NCBI RefSeq assembly: GCF_009834535.1
Contig: NC_045696.1
Span: 23,252,001-23,316,000, forward strand
Length of the DNA: 64,000 nucleotides
Source: Camelus ferus
Taxonomy: Eukaryota
Reading direction: 5' to 3'
Within the stretch, counting starts at the first letter, position 1. The number at the start of each line of letters is the position of its first letter. Positions 14,507 through 28,345 of this stretch are shown one piece after another. A model generated the notes under the pieces. That model ran no database searches, was not told the DNA's origin, and saw nothing but the letters and a program-made list of their open reading frames with translations. A program made the position numbers and the translations under genes.

Positions 14507-17072
14507 CTGAAAACTATATTTTAAAAAATGGATAAAATTTTGTTTGTTTGTTTACTGTTATGAGTGCCAATGTCTCTGTCCCTAGTTCAATTGATCTTGT
14601 GGCCATTTCCGTAATTTTTTTAACATCAGTTTTTACTTAATAAAAGTACCTTGCATTAGCAAGACCTAATTATGTTACGCAAAAGCCACAGGAATAATTT
14701 TAGTTCATCCAGACATTCTTAATCTGTATTAGTGGAAACATGTTACAGTCCTGATGAGAAACTCACATATCATTATCCAATCTCAATAGCTGCTTACCTC
14801 TATTTTGCTATAATCAAATCTAAGTTATCATCCCATCATTGCTAACCTGCCATGTTCTTTTGCATTTCTACCAATTTAAAGATACATTTTAAGTCATCAG
14901 TTCTAAGGCTCTGCACTATGACTAAATCTGTTTCATTAAAACCAAACGTGTCCTTCTCTTAAACATAATTTAAGATTGCACTCTATACACATTTACAATT
15001 CAACTTAACTAATTACATGTATTTGCTAAACATCTGTATCTTTGGTGTTATTGAAGCTAGGGACCTGTGGGTATTATACAACCAGCTATATATTCATAAG
15101 CGAACAAATCTTACCAGGGAGAAAATAATTTCGTTTCCTGTCTACATCCAATTTCTAGACCCCTATATACCCAACTTACTTAAAACTGACAGCAAAATGT
15201 CAAAGTTTCAGCTTAGAAATCGACTCATTAAATAATAATAAATGATGTGGGAGGCATTCCTTTTTAAAGCAATATTAAATTCTCACTGAATGTAATTTAG
15301 CCCTTTGTCCAGCTGGATTTCACTTATCCAAGTGCTGGTATGCAGTACTTCCACCATTTCCGTTGGAACTTTCCTCCATAACTGAACAAATTTCACTGCT
15401 AAGTTGTATTTCCTGCTATTCAGTTCATCTTCTTCCTGATGCTTATTAAGCTGGAGATAGTTACCTTGTAGGACCTAAAATTAATTTTGCTTTGTTTTAG
15501 CAATCTAGGCGAGTCAAAAGTCATTTGTAAATTTCCCGTGAACAATAAGCTTGTTGTGAATTGTCAACATTATTGTACCTCTTTCTGAATGATGGAAATA
15601 TTATCGCTCTTGATAACCAATGGAAAAATTATAAAACAGTAGCTAAAATGTTTAATTTTTTCTGTACACATCAGGAAAATGCAGGTTTCTCTCTGGGCTT
15701 AAAAAAAAAAAAAAAAGTACAGGTAAATGAAAATCCTACCCTTGTAAAAGAACCAAAAGATACATCCTATACATCTTACCTCTTAAAAGAAGACAAACTA
15801 AACAAACCAAACATATACTCTCACACATTCTCATTCATCCTAATGAATATTTTGACCAATGATCCACCAAATCCTTTAGGACTTTAGAAACACTTCACAA
15901 AGCATAACTATTCTTACTGTAATGTATGCCTGTAATTCTTAATTGGGAAATGTTTTATTTAATCTTAAATATTTCGGCCTGTTGGAATCATGACTATGTG
16001 AAATTCACTCTATTTTACATATCAAATCCCTGTAACGACCTAATGTACTTCACTGAAGGATTTACCCAGTTATCATACACAAAAACTTAGCACCAGAGTT
16101 GTTTCCACTCCTAATTTTCTATTTTTTTGCTGCTTTATTCAAATAATAAGTTATGTATCCTAAATAGATAGTCCTTCTGTAGTACGATCCCACAAGGTAG
16201 AAGTACTGATAAAGAATACCACTACCCCCAAAAATCAATAAATGAAACAGTTTTTTCCCTTCAATTGCATACTACTTTACAGTCAGTGTGAGTTAGCCTT
16301 TATATTATCAGAAAAAAATTCTTAGTTGCAGTTTTATTTGAACTCAACAAACAAACTTCAAGATGAGAACCTGATTATTACACATTTTCACCCTAATCCT
16401 CAAATCACAGATACTGGTACAAAAGATAACTTTGAAGAAATACCAAAATTAAATGCCAAGAGATAAAACACTAATGGAAGGTCTTAAGTAGTACGGTATG
16501 ATATAATAAGAATTGCAATATGGGAAAAATAATCCTATAACAGCAACCAATTATAGGATAAATTTCTTTCTTTCTTTATCCTTATCACTTTTGCAGCATT
16601 TTACTTTACTGAAATGCAGAAACTGTATCATTCTCCCAGGTGGTGAAAATAGAGACTGGTAGAATAGGCACCAAGACTCCTTTAAAGAGCTGTGAGTGAT
16701 CAAAAAGACATTTAACACAGGACGTGTGGATGAAGTTAGCAGAGTTAGGCCACAGTAGTATGAAAAGACTGGAGAGACCATGGGAGTATTTTAAACTTCT
16801 CTCTCTGTATGCTGAAAAGTCATAATTTGGTCCTCAGAATAATTCTATGCAGTGGATAGAGTGGTTATCCTGGATAAAAACTAAGAACTCAGACAAGCTT
16901 TGTGGCCAACAAGAGAGTAACCTAAGCTAAACCCATACTTTCTGATAACTAATTAGTCCTTTGCCCACTCACTTTATTGAAAGGATACCATCAATGAACA
17001 GGAATGAATAAACGTAATCCCAGACACTTTTAGGATATCCTGTCCTCTTTTCCATATTTTGAAAATTTATTC

Positions 17073-17222
17073 GGGGGGAGGGTATAGCTCAAGTGGTAGA
17101 GTGCCTGCTTAGCATGCATGAGGTCCTGGATTCAACCCCCAGTACCTCCTCTAAAAATAAACAAATAAAGAAAAACCTAATTACCTCCTTCCCATCCCCT
17201 GCCAAAAAAAGAAAAAGAAAAA
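17073..17222 (+). mobile_element. tRNA-Ala(AGC)-derived SINE (camelid Vic-1 type), full length
   Basis: Head ggggagggtatagctcaagtggtagagtgcctgcttagcatgcatgaggtcctggattcaacccccagtacctcc resembles tRNA-Ala-AGC (A and B boxes); A-rich tail; TSD gaaaatttattc (17061-17072) / gaaaatgtattc (17223-17234). Confidence 0.92.
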
Positions 17223-18299
17223 GAAAATGTATTCATTATTAAAAAGAATGCTAAACATTAAATCAAAGCATTTTAACAGCACATAAATGCTACCCATTAT
17301 TGTAACTAAATCTATTTGGAAACTATATTATCAGATAAAAACTTTTATTCTAATTAATGCACTTATAAAGTAGGATGATTTCTCTGAAAGTTGGAATAAT
17401 TTAAGGTAAATTATCGATCTAAAAGTTATGTATTAATTATAACACCATGGTCACCTTCTAAACTTTGTTACCTCTTCTCTGAATTGATGAGGATCTTTTG
17501 TTTTGACCTTAACAAGGGCTAGGCTATTTTTTGGAGGAGTAAGATTTTCAGTAGTTGAAGGAAAAATATTCCTAGGGTAGAGCGCCTGGAAACCAGTCTT
17601 CAGATATTCTCCATCAATACTATGTGATTTTTACGTCTGGTAAATTGTTGCTAGGAGGTCTAAAGGGAGTTCAACAGACCATTTTACTCCTTAAACATTT
17701 AAATACTTCCCCTGCATCATAAAAATGGGGAGAAGTGGCCCTAAAAGCCCTCATTCCCAGAGAGCGTTTTAAATAAAGAATATTTTTGAATGTACAGAGA
17801 AGACTTCATGTACCACTTGAGAAGCACTCCAGTATTATCCTCTCCTTCACTGAAGTCTAACAGAATTAAAATGACTCATGAAGACTTCAAACTCTCTGAA
17901 GTTATTTACCTTTGTGCACAATTTCAAAAATATCTATATCCTGACAGTAAGTCTAGATGTGGAGTGAGGAATTTGGTCAAGGGAAGGCACAAGATAAAAG
18001 GACTATGTTTGCCTAGTTGGAGCTTAAAAGATGGGATACGATCCATCTTGGGCTATTTCTTGTTCAGAAATGATTTTTCAAAATATGGTAATTTGTGGCA
18101 ACAATAGAAGATATCTCTGTTGCGCTTCTCTAAAGTTCAAGGCCTCCAAAGATGTCATCATTCAAACCCCGTAACGGTTCTTGCCTTGGCAGATTTTTAA
18201 CAGTCCCTTAGCTAATGAGATCAACTATAAGTGCTCTTTGAACTCATCAAACAATTCCCAAGGATTAACTATCGAGGACAATGTCAGTAGAATGCAAAA

Positions 18300-18760
18300 T
18301 CTCTGGACTGACTCACCCACATAAACAATCTCAAAGTTTTTTTCAAATCTGCTTTTTCAAATGTTTTGCCTTAACTGATTCTCTCATTTCCATTCCCGCT
18401 GCTTTAGTTCAGGTAGTTAGCTCCCCACTACTCCCACCCCTAATTTATTTCCCTTTTAATGTGTTCTAAACACTGCTTCCTTTCTCAAACATATGCTGCA
18501 GATTTTGCAATGGCTCTTGAACTATCACCAGAGTGTTTAAGGTCTGTTATGCTGTGGGTCCCAAGACATCTGTCAGACATCTCTGTTTCTGTACCTATGG
18601 TAGACTGGCATGTCTAGCCATTTGATAGCTCCCTGGAGTCATGTCTCTTTTCATGCAGTACTCTCCACCTCCGCCCGGTGGTGAGCCTCACTAGGGCTCA
18701 AGCTCTGCTCAAATCTTGCCTCTCCCAGGAAGTTCTTCCTTTGTAAAGATTCTCTGTCCC
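18300..18760 (+). mobile_element. LINE-2 fragment
   Basis: Pyrimidine-rich L2-like body (ctcaaatcttgcctctcccaggaagttcttcc). Confidence 0.5.
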
Positions 18761-18929
18761 TCTGTTACAGAAACTAATACATCTGGCCTTGCATTAACAT
18801 GTATTTATGTATAGTTCTATCCAAGAATAGAACTGGGGGCAGAAAGTGTGTCCTGTTTTTAGAGAGACTCTCCACAGTATCTGACTCAGAGATTTGTTTG
18901 TACACTAGAAGTGTGTGATGTGAATAAGT

Positions 18930-19240
18930 GGTTGGGGTTTTTCTTGGGGACACAGATGGACACATTTCCCAGTTCACTTAAGCAAGGTATGGCCATGTGT
19001 CTGAGTTCTGAAGAGCAGAAAGTGGGTAGGATTGATGTACAATGCTTCCCCATCAGAACCATAAAATCCTCCCATGCATGAACTCATAATCTGAGGCTGT
19101 GGGAGATGATGCTGGTGGAGCTGCAAGAGGGAGGGAACCTGGCAAGGCACACTGCCCTGGACTATGTTTTGAGTAAGTTCCAAACTTCTAAGATGCTGGG
19201 GATTTATCTATTACATCAGCAAATGTGATCTTACTACCAT
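18930..19240 (+). mobile_element. ERVL-MaLR LTR (MLT1-like) remnant
   Basis: acatttcccagttcactt...ggtatggccatgtgtctgagttct and 3' motif ggggatttatctattacatcagca. Confidence 0.6.
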
Positions 19241-21863
19241 AGGTCTGCTGACTCATCAGCTAATTATTACAGTGGGAAAATAACAAATAACGCCATAATG
19301 ATCTTATTTTCGATGGATTTGCTGGAGTGACTCTACTTTGACTGGAATGGCCATCACATCTTTTCTCCAGTGCTGAACCCATCTCCGTTCTAGTGCTTGG
19401 ATCAAACCAACAGTTTCTACATTTGGATACACTCTCCTGGGAGTTGCTACATCCGTATGGTTTGGTCTGTGGTCCTTCCTGCTGGCATGGAACCCATTTG
19501 GCTAGACTTAAATTCATAGCTATATGTCTCAATCCTTCCTAGCACTCAAGGCCTAGCAGGTGCTTTGCTTTTACATAATTACCAGGTCTTTCAGAAAGTT
19601 TTCACCTTGCTATGTATTTACATACATTCTTTGGTAACACTTCATATTCTAAATAAATCTTTATATTCTACCTTTTCAAAAAAGTATTAAAGAGACTCTG
19701 TTACTTAATTCTCCCTAATGCTACTTAGCTCCTGGTGAGCAGGAATTATGTCAGATATTTCTCTGTATATCCCCAAGAACCTGCCAGAGTGGCTGGAAAA
19801 AGACTAGGCATGTAACTAGTCTGTTCCTCAATTGCTGACAGGCAACATGTAGCATATCTCCCTGTAAAACAAGCTAAAACATTTAGACTTATCCCCAAAA
19901 AAGTTAATCTAGACATTTAGATAGATGATAGTCATTATTTAAGAAAAAAATTAAAAATAAGTGGAATATAGTAGCATTATAAACAATAGTCACACTTTCT
20001 GCAAAATGAACTAAAATAATTTAAGAACTTCTTGAGAGAGCAACTGTGTCTGTTATCTTTGCATCCTGTGTCCAGCAAGTGAGGGAAGGAGTAGATGCTC
20101 CAAAATGTATAGTAAATGCTAAATTTTCCCATTTTAAAAAATTGAATCCCTTGGCTATAAAAGCATTAAAGAACGTCAATCCCCAACATTTTCCTAAAGA
20201 TTAATAATATTTTGAAATTATATGATTCATGAATAATCTTTACAATAAGAATTACAAGGAGTACACATTCTGTTTCTTGTTTTTAACGGTGTGTGCTGGG
20301 ATTTTCAAATCACAGAATTTATTTTTGTCTTAATCTAATTCAAAGCATTTCAGTAATTTATGCAGATAAAATACGAAATGTAACATTCTATAATGTGTGT
20401 CTATAAATCTATGTGTGTGTGTTTGTGTATGTGTATGAAGCATCAATGTTCTTTTCTAAATTTCTCTAACTAGTCATTTCTTATCACACAGTAGATAAAT
20501 TGATTTGCTAAATGCATAACAGTGATTAAAAGGTTAATAACATTTAGTAAGCATTGATGATTTTTCTATCCACAGGAGAAAAGAATTCTAAATGTTGATT
20601 AAAGTGTTCTAAACCTAGATGATTTGAGCCCTATTCCTGTGACATTTTCCCCTAAGTAATTTCTAGTGCGTAAATAGTACAAATGAATATTGATTGTAAA
20701 AGTCTTGCTACATTGTGTTGTGATATGCTACCTTCAAGAACATATGAAATCTAATCTTACTAATTTGCATCTGACTGACATGAAAATATTGATTGAGAAG
20801 GTGAGAACAATAAGAAAGCCAATTATCAGTGGACATATTAGAATTTAACATAGAGAAGATTGATGTCAAAGAATACCACATTTAGTTTGAAGTTTAAATG
20901 TCTGCCTCTTCTTTGTTGAGGGGAGATATTTTACAGACACTGGAGTGAAATTTCTGCTGAGGGGAGGACTGTGTTAGCAATGGGGAATAGCGTAGGAGAA
21001 ACTTAAAGCAGCAAGAAGTGGCAATACAAGCAGAGTAATGAAAGAGAGATTGTGCAGAGATCTGAAGGCAAAAAGGAATTTCACTTCAAAGTAACGAATT
21101 ACAAGACGTGAATGCAGAAATCAGCTACATCTTCCAGAAAGAAAGGTAAGAGAAGTCAGAGAAAATAAGCGAATGCAACTGAAAGTCCAGAGGAAAATCA
21201 TGAAGACACTTTGTGACCTTTGAGGAAAGACAAACTAATAATAATATTTCATAGAAAAATAAATACTAGGAAGAATAGACTTGCTTGGAGACAACAACAC
21301 TTCAAAAAGGCTAAATTAGATATTTCTTGGAGTAATCTGAGGACCGGAAAATTAACAGAAACTATAAATAGTTTTATAAAAATAAACTAAAAGGCTTGAA
21401 AGAATAGAAAATGTTATAATGTCAAGGTATTCCTTTCAAAAGGCAAAAAATCCTAGTAGCTCTGGCCATGATTTCCCTATATCTGATGTCATTTCTGATA
21501 AAAATATGGGGATAGTGGTGGAAATATGCAAATATCCAGATATAAAGGACAAAAGTGAAAAATATATATAATTAACTTATCAAGAAAAATACGCTTGCCA
21601 GGAAGGGCTGACTGCTCTATGATGTAGTATCTATGGATTAATGGAATATAAAAGATGACACACATGATGCTAAACATTTTATAAATTAATAAATAGCTTA
21701 TAAATGATATGTATTTTCCCCCAGAACTCTCCATTTCCTTAGTCACCATGTGAAGTAAAAACAGTAATTCTACTAGGACTGGAAGGTATTAAAGAAAAAC
21801 CAAATGACAGGATTCAATAAGGATTCACTTAAGATTTACTTTCTTAATAGTTTTATGACTTAC

Positions 21864-21940
21864 CTTCCTAATTTCGTAACTGTAACAGTGAGTTTACAAC
21901 CCTACACAACTGCCCCACACAACAAAAACAAGGGAGTCAA
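21864..21940 (-). other. Candidate 77-nt exon
   Basis: Consensus donor AAG|gtaagt (21863-21858); acceptor tttttcatttag| at 21941; alternative AGs possible. Confidence 0.4.
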
Positions 21941-22299
21941 CTAAATGAAAAATTTAGAATTTTGAGTATCAAATTAATAAAAAATAAGCGTGTCCTGAAA
22001 ACTATGAACTGAAACATATTTTTCAGTCTCTTTACAGACTCAGGCACGCTCTAGAAATGGGCATGTGGTTCCCTAGTTAGTTCTCCCTGAAGGAGACTAT
22101 ACCTTTTGCGATGTGGAGTAGACATTATGCTTCGTCACTTAATCTCTCCTCCTCACCCTCTTTTACCTAGCGCAGGTGGACCCAGCTACTACCCACACCC
22201 AGAAAAACCCCAGCACAGATTCAATCCCATGACACACTTCTTTCCTAGACTAGGGCTTCTCATGTTTGCTGGAGGTTTACCATAACAATTGAATACTTT

Positions 22300-22910
22300 C
22301 ATTATTCTTACCAAGAACCTGACAGCTGTCACTCTCAATAGATTTCCTGGTTCTTACTTAGGGGAAAATGAGGTCATCTGATATGAACTATTTACACTTG
22401 TGCCCATCAGGCCCCTCCTTCCAGCACTAGGACCTGCAACAACCTCATCTCTACATGCATTTTCTCTTCAGGCTATAATTATGGTCAATTTTCACCCCAA
22501 ATCCTTAAAGAGATAACTCTCTTTTAACTCTGAAGCTCCTAACTAGCAACTCTTCTTGTTTTATTTCAACCAATATTCTAGGCTTTCAACTCAACTTCAA
22601 ATTCTTTCTCAGTGACGGAAATCTCAATATTCTGTCTTTCAAAAGATCCTTTTCAATTGTTAACATAATAGATTTTCCCTGACTAGTCTATCTAAAAATA
22701 GCACTTCTACCCTTTCTCAGTTTCATCTTAGTACTTATTACTTCCTAATATTATATTACACATTTATTTGTTAATTCGTTTAATACCTCTCTCTCCTTTC
22801 TAGAATATTAGCTACTTGGTAGCAGATATTTTTTTAAGGTCTGTATCCTGTCTCACATAGAAAAATGATCAAACAGAGCAATTGCTCAATAAACATTTTA
22901 AATGGATATA
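22300..22910 (+). mobile_element. LINE-2 fragments
   Basis: L2 tail features: ctagaatattagctacttggtagcagata...tgctcaataaacattt. Confidence 0.6.
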
Positions 22911-22954
22911 TAAACCTACCTAATCACTAAGCATTTTTTTTTAAACTTAAAAAG

Positions 22955-23330
22955 TTGGTGGGGCAACTGCCGGTTGCTCTCCCCGAATTCACTCTGCACC
23001 TCTTCCTAGCACGTGGTCTTCCAAGTGGAAACTACATTTCCCAGCTTTTCTTGCATCCAGTCGTGTCTGTGTGGCTAAATTTATGCTGTCTTAAACTTAA
23101 AGACAGGCTACTGTTCCTAAACTTTGGCCTTTTTGCTCTTCCTCTGTGGGCTCAGAAATACCGGCAACTCAACCAAAGCAACAAGGCAAAAGGAGTCAGG
23201 GTTCCTGAATGACCTGGACCAGCAGAGTGACCCCATCACAAACATGGGCTTATGCTACGAGAGATATAAGCTTCTATTTTATTTAAGGAACTTAACTTGG
23301 GAGCCTTTTTCTTATAGTTCCTAAGCACTT
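22955..23330 (+). mobile_element. ERVL-MaLR LTR (MLT1J-like)
   Basis: actacatttcccagcttttcttgcat...tgtggctaaattt; gggttcctgaatgac; gagatataagcttctattttatttaag. Confidence 0.65.
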
Positions 23331-23450
23331 CAGTACACCTGCATGCTTCTCTCTGCTATTTCTCTGGCCATACTTTCTCTACCTCTTTTTGAACTCCTCC
23401 TCTTCCTTAAATACTGATTTTCTCAAGGGTTCTTTTCTAGGCATCTATAG

Positions 23451-23968
23451 TTTTTTTCCTTCAGTTTTATTGAGACATAATTGACATATAATATTGTATA
23501 AATTTAAGATATACAACATAATAATGTCATGTAAGTATGTATACATTGTGAAATGATTACCATAATAAATTTACTTAACATTCATCATCTCACCTCCAAT
23601 AGTTACAATTTTTTTCTTGCAAAGAGAACCTTTCCGGGCTACTCTCTTAACAACTTCCAAATCTACAATATTGTTAATTATGGTCTCCATGCTGTACATT
23701 ACATCCCTAGGACTTATTTACTTTATAATTGGAAGTTTGTACCTTTTACCCACCTTCACTCATTTCCCTCACTTCCTTCCCCCTACCTCTGGCAACCGCC
23801 AATCTGTTCTCCGTTTCCGTGAGTTTGTTTTTTTTAGATTTCACATATAAATGAGATCATACAGTATATGTCTTTTGCTATTTGATATTTCACTTAGTAC
23901 AATACTCTCAGAGTTCATCCATATTGTTGCAAATCATAGGATTTCCTTCTTTTTTATGGCTGAATAAT
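23451..23968 (-). mobile_element. LINE-1 (L1MA-type) 3' end
   Basis: Poly-T then ttttattgagacataattgacatata... through gttcatccatattgttgcaaat...ttttatggctgaataat. Confidence 0.9.
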
Positions 23969-23989
23969 GAACTTCTGTTCATAATTTAA

Positions 23990-24175
23990 TCTAGTGATTC
24001 TTAAATTTTTTAGTCAATGACAAGTTTGATAATTTAATGAAGACATATATATATATATATAAATATACACACACATATATATATTCTGCATAAACATTGG
24101 CCATTTACAGATAACTTGAAACCTGTTTTTGAAACCTCTAAGTAACTATAGTAGCCAGATTAAGAAATTTCTTGA
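23990..24175. mobile_element. Possible hAT-Charlie non-autonomous DNA element
   Basis: Degenerate inverted termini tagtgattcttaa...ttaagaaatttc, with a (TA)n interior. Confidence 0.35.
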
Positions 24176-24596
24176 AAAGTATACCAATTGTCATGGCTTT
24201 AACTACCATTCATCTCAGGATATTTTCTATCTAACTAAGACAGTATCTGACTATTTGACAGTCTTATTAAACCCTTTAACTGGATCCCTAGTGCCCGTGG
24301 AATAGAGCCCAAACTGGGCCTTTCAAGACTGAGCCAGTGCTTATCTCTACAGTTTCACCCCTAGAACTCTACTCCATCCAATTTGAACTTTTTGCAGTTC
24401 CTTAAACTCACCACATTCTCAGTTTCATAATATTGCACATTCTCTTTCCTTTTCCTGGAATGTTCCCAACCCTTACCTGGCTATTTCTACTTCTCAAACA
24501 GGCTTCAGTCTGAAACCTAGGAATTCGGTCAATAAATATACTATATCTCCCAGCATGCCCTTTTATACAGTATCTACTCTTCCCTCATTGTGATTT

Positions 24597-25008
24597 TTTT
24601 TATTTATAACATATACATTTTTTATTGAGGTATAGTGAGTTAACAATGTTGTGTCAATTTCTGGTGTATAGCACAATTCTTCAGCCATACATTAATATAC
24701 ATATATTCATTTTCATATTCTTTTTCACCATGAGCTACTAATGGCATTATTTTATGATTTTTTATGGCTGAGTAGTATTCCATTGTATAAATATACTACA
24801 ACTTCTTTATTCAGTCATTTGTTGATGGAAATTTAGGTTGTTTCCACTATTATAAATAGTGCTCCTATGAACACTGGGGTGCAGGTGTCTTTTTGAATTA
24901 GGGTTCCCTTTGGATATATGCCCAGGACTGGGATGCTGGGTCATATGGTAAGTCTATTTTTAGTCTTTTGAGGAATCTCCATACTGTTTTCCACAATAGC
25001 TGTGCTAC
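24597..25008 (-). mobile_element. 5'-truncated LINE-1 with internal deletion
   Basis: Reverse-complement homology to 26815-27094 and 27390-27510; TSD ccctcattgtgattt (24582-24596) / ccctcattgttattt (25009-25023). Confidence 0.9.
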
Positions 25009-25353
25009 CCCTCATTGTTATTTAATTCTCAGCCTCTACTTCCCATGAAATCAGGGATTATCTGCTTTATTCTCTCTTACATCCCCATTAATATTTCACA
25101 GTGCCTGATATATAGTAGACCCTTAACATATATTTTCCTTAATTAATTTGCTAATATTCCATAGCTATAGAAAACTTGGTATTTAAGATGCAGGGTAAAA
25201 AAAAATATGGTGCAAGAATAAATTTAATCTCATGTTGCATAATTCTCAGTTGTTTTGAAGAGTATTAATTTTTCAACTGGAAAATAAATATCTCCTCCCT
25301 GAATTTCCATAATGCTTTATAACTCTTAACATCATGTGTAAGATTCAACTTTC

Positions 25354-27526
25354 AGCATTCCTGCTAAACTCTGGAACAAAAAAAGGAGGGCACTCTCACT
25401 ACTTCTATTCAACATAGTATTGGAAGTTCTAGCAATAGCAATCAGATGAGAAAAAGAAATAAAAGGGACCCAAATTGGAAGAGAAGAGGTAAAATTGTTA
25501 CTATATGTGGATGACATGAGACTATATATAGAAAAGCCCAAAGGCTCCAAACAAAAACTATTAGAGCTGATAAAAGAATTTGGAAAGGTAGCAGGATACA
25601 AGATTAACATATGGAAATCAGTTTACTTCTTTATCCTAATAGTGAAATATCAGAAAAGTAAAAAAAATCACTTTTAAAATTGCATCAAAAAATATTTAGG
25701 AAAAAACCTGACCAAGGAAGTAAAAGACTTAGACACTGAGAAGTACAAAACATTAATTAAGGAGATTAAAGATGATTTAAAGAAACGGAAAGACAGACCA
25801 TGCTCTTGGACTGAAAGAATTACTATTGTTAAAATGGCCATATTACCCTAAGCAATCTACAGATTTAATGAGATACCTATCAAATTACTTAGGACATTTT
25901 TCACAGAAAAAGAACAAATAATCCTAAAATTTATATGGAATCACAAAAGACCCAGAATTGCCAAAGCAATACTGAAGAAAAAGAACCAAGCTGGAGGAAT
26001 AACCCTCCCAGACTTCAGACAATACTACAGAGCTACAGTAATCAAAACATCATGGCATTGACACAAAAACAGACATATGGACCAATGGAACAAAATAAAC
26101 CCACCGACTTACAGTCAATTAATCTTTGAGAAAGGAGGCAAGAATGTACAACAGAGAATAGACAGCCTCTTCAGTAAATGGTGTTGGAAAAGCTGGACAG
26201 CCACATGTAAATCAATGAAGTTAGAACACCCCCTCACACCATACACAAAAACTCAAAATGGCTTAAAAACTTAAATGTAAGACAAGCCACTATAAACCTC
26301 TTGAAAGAAAACATAGGCAAAACATTCTATGATATAAATCTTAGCAATGTTCTAGGGCAGTCTACCCAGGAAATAGAAATAAAAGCAAAAATAAATGAAT
26401 GTGACCTAATTAAACTTATAAGCTTTTGTACAGAAAAGGAAACTTTATACAAAACAAAGAGACAACCTACAAAATGGGAAAGAATATTTGCAAAAAATGC
26501 AACTGACAAGGTCTTAATCTCCAGAATACACAAACAGTTCATACAATTTAATAACAAAAAAAAAATCCAATCCAAAAATAAGCAGAACACCTAAATAAGC
26601 AATTCTCCTATGAAGATGTACAAATGGCCAATAGGCACATGAAAAAGTGCTCAATATTGTTAATTGTCAGAGAAATAAAAATCAAAACTATAATGAGGTA
26701 TTGCTTCACATTAGTCAGAAGGGTCATCACTAAAAAATCCACAAACAATAAATGCTGGAGAGGATATGGAGAAAAGGGAAACTTTTCACACTGTTGGTGG
26801 GAATGTAGTTTGGTGCAGACATTATGGAAAACAGTATGGAGAGTCCTCAAAAAACTAAAAACAGACTTATACCATATGATCATGATCCAGCAATCCCACT
26901 CCTGGGCATATATCTGAAGAGAACTCTAATCCAAAGACATACATACATCCCAATGTTCATAGCAGCATTATTTACAATAGCCAAGACATGGAAACAATCT
27001 AAATGTCCATTGACAAATGACTGGATAAAGAAGTTGTAATGTATATGTACAATGGAATACTACTCAGCCATAAAAGAGGATAACATAATGCCATTTGCAG
27101 CAATATGGATGGACCTGGAGATTATCATACTAGGTGAAGTAAGCCAGAAAGAGAAAGAAAAATACCATATGATATCACTTATATGTGGAATCAAAAAAAA
27201 AAAAAAAGACACAAATGAACTTATTTACAAAACAGAAACAGACTCACAGACATAGAAAACAAACTTATAGTTACCAGGGGAAGGGATAAATTGGGAGTTC
27301 AAGATGTGCAGATACTAACTACTATATATAAAATAGGTAAACAACATGTTACTTCTGTATAGCATAGGGAACTATATTCAATATCTTGTACTAACCATAA
27401 TGAAAAAGAATATGAAAAGGAATATATGTACACATGTGTATGACTGAAACATTATGTTATACATCAGAAATTGACACAACATTGTAAATGGACTATACTT
27501 CAACAACAACAAAAAAGAATAAAAAA
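25354..27526 (+). mobile_element. 5'-truncated LINE-1 (~2.2 kb): disrupted ORF2 3' half, 3'UTR and A-rich tail
   Basis: ORF fragments carry the RT motif LYVDDM (25501-25518), [21 protein letters not shown], the C-terminal CWRGYGEKGNFSHCWWEC knuckle and MEYYSAIK...GEVSQ; multiple frameshifts and stops. Confidence 0.97.
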
Positions 27527-28028
27527 GATATTCTGCCCATCAGGATATAGCAAAATAGAGTGAATTTTCTTATTAAAATAGCTAGAAAACTACTATGTTG
27601 AGGTGATGGGAGACAGAAAGGGAGGTTTTATTTAGCTGCAGAATTACTCAGGGAATTTACACAGAAGAGGAAAACATCAACGTGTGAGCTCATGTTAACA
27701 CAGTGCACGCAATCAGCACAATGAGAGAGGAGCCTAAACAGAATCTGGAGGAGAACTGACAGCTCTCCTAGCCCTAACCTGCCAGATTTCCCATGGTATT
27801 CATACCCAGACCTGCCCAATCACTCACCCACCATAGCAAGATGCCCATGACAGTGCCCTGGGGGTGATAGTGGTGGGGAGTGAGGGTCAGTGCATTCTAG
27901 TTGTTTTACAATGAATTCTCCTGTTTCCATTTAGTTGGAGTCCTAGATGGAATTCCCCCCTTCCTCAACAACCAAGGGTTGAAACTGGACTGGGGAGTCT
28001 CTCTGTGGGATTGGAAGTACACATTTGA

Positions 28029-28053
28029 GTGTGTGTGTGTGTGTGTGTGTGTG
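28029..28053. repeat. (GT)n microsatellite
   Basis: Directly visible. Confidence 0.95.
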
Positions 28054-28087
28054 CGCGCCGCTAGTGGGTATGCACACATGCACATCT

Positions 28088-28345
28088 TTAGTTGAGGTTA
28101 TCTTTTACACAAAATAAAATGAACAAATCTAAGTGTTCAGTTTGATAAGTTTTGACAATTGTATACACACGCCTATGTATATACCAAACAAGATATACGT
28201 ACCCATGGCTCCACAGAGTTTCCATGTTCCCCTTTCCAGCTAATCCCCCATTTTTCCATCTACCCAGAGGCAAACAGTTTCTGATTATTATTCCCATAAG
28301 TTAGGTACGCCTGTTCTTGAGCTTCATAAATGGAATCACACAGGA
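28088..28345 (-). mobile_element. Old LINE-1 (L1MB-ME type) 3' end
   Basis: aaaatgaacaaatctaagtgttcagtttgataagttttgacaa...gcctgttcttgagcttcataaatggaatcacacag. Confidence 0.8.

Noticed and set aside
15284..15474. Minus-strand open frame VLQGNYLQLNKHQEEDELNSRKY... after a ttttag
   Set aside because: Poor polypyrimidine tract, no convincing donor, and the peptide is not recognised.
17073..17150. tRNA-Ala(AGC) gene (also at 45374 and 61468)
   Set aside because: Extra 5' bases, SINE 3' extension, TSDs and CpG-decay mutations indicate SINE copies.
25495..27255. Functional reverse transcriptase CDS
   Set aside because: Split across frames by frameshifts and stops, 5'-truncated, and lacking the endonuclease domain.
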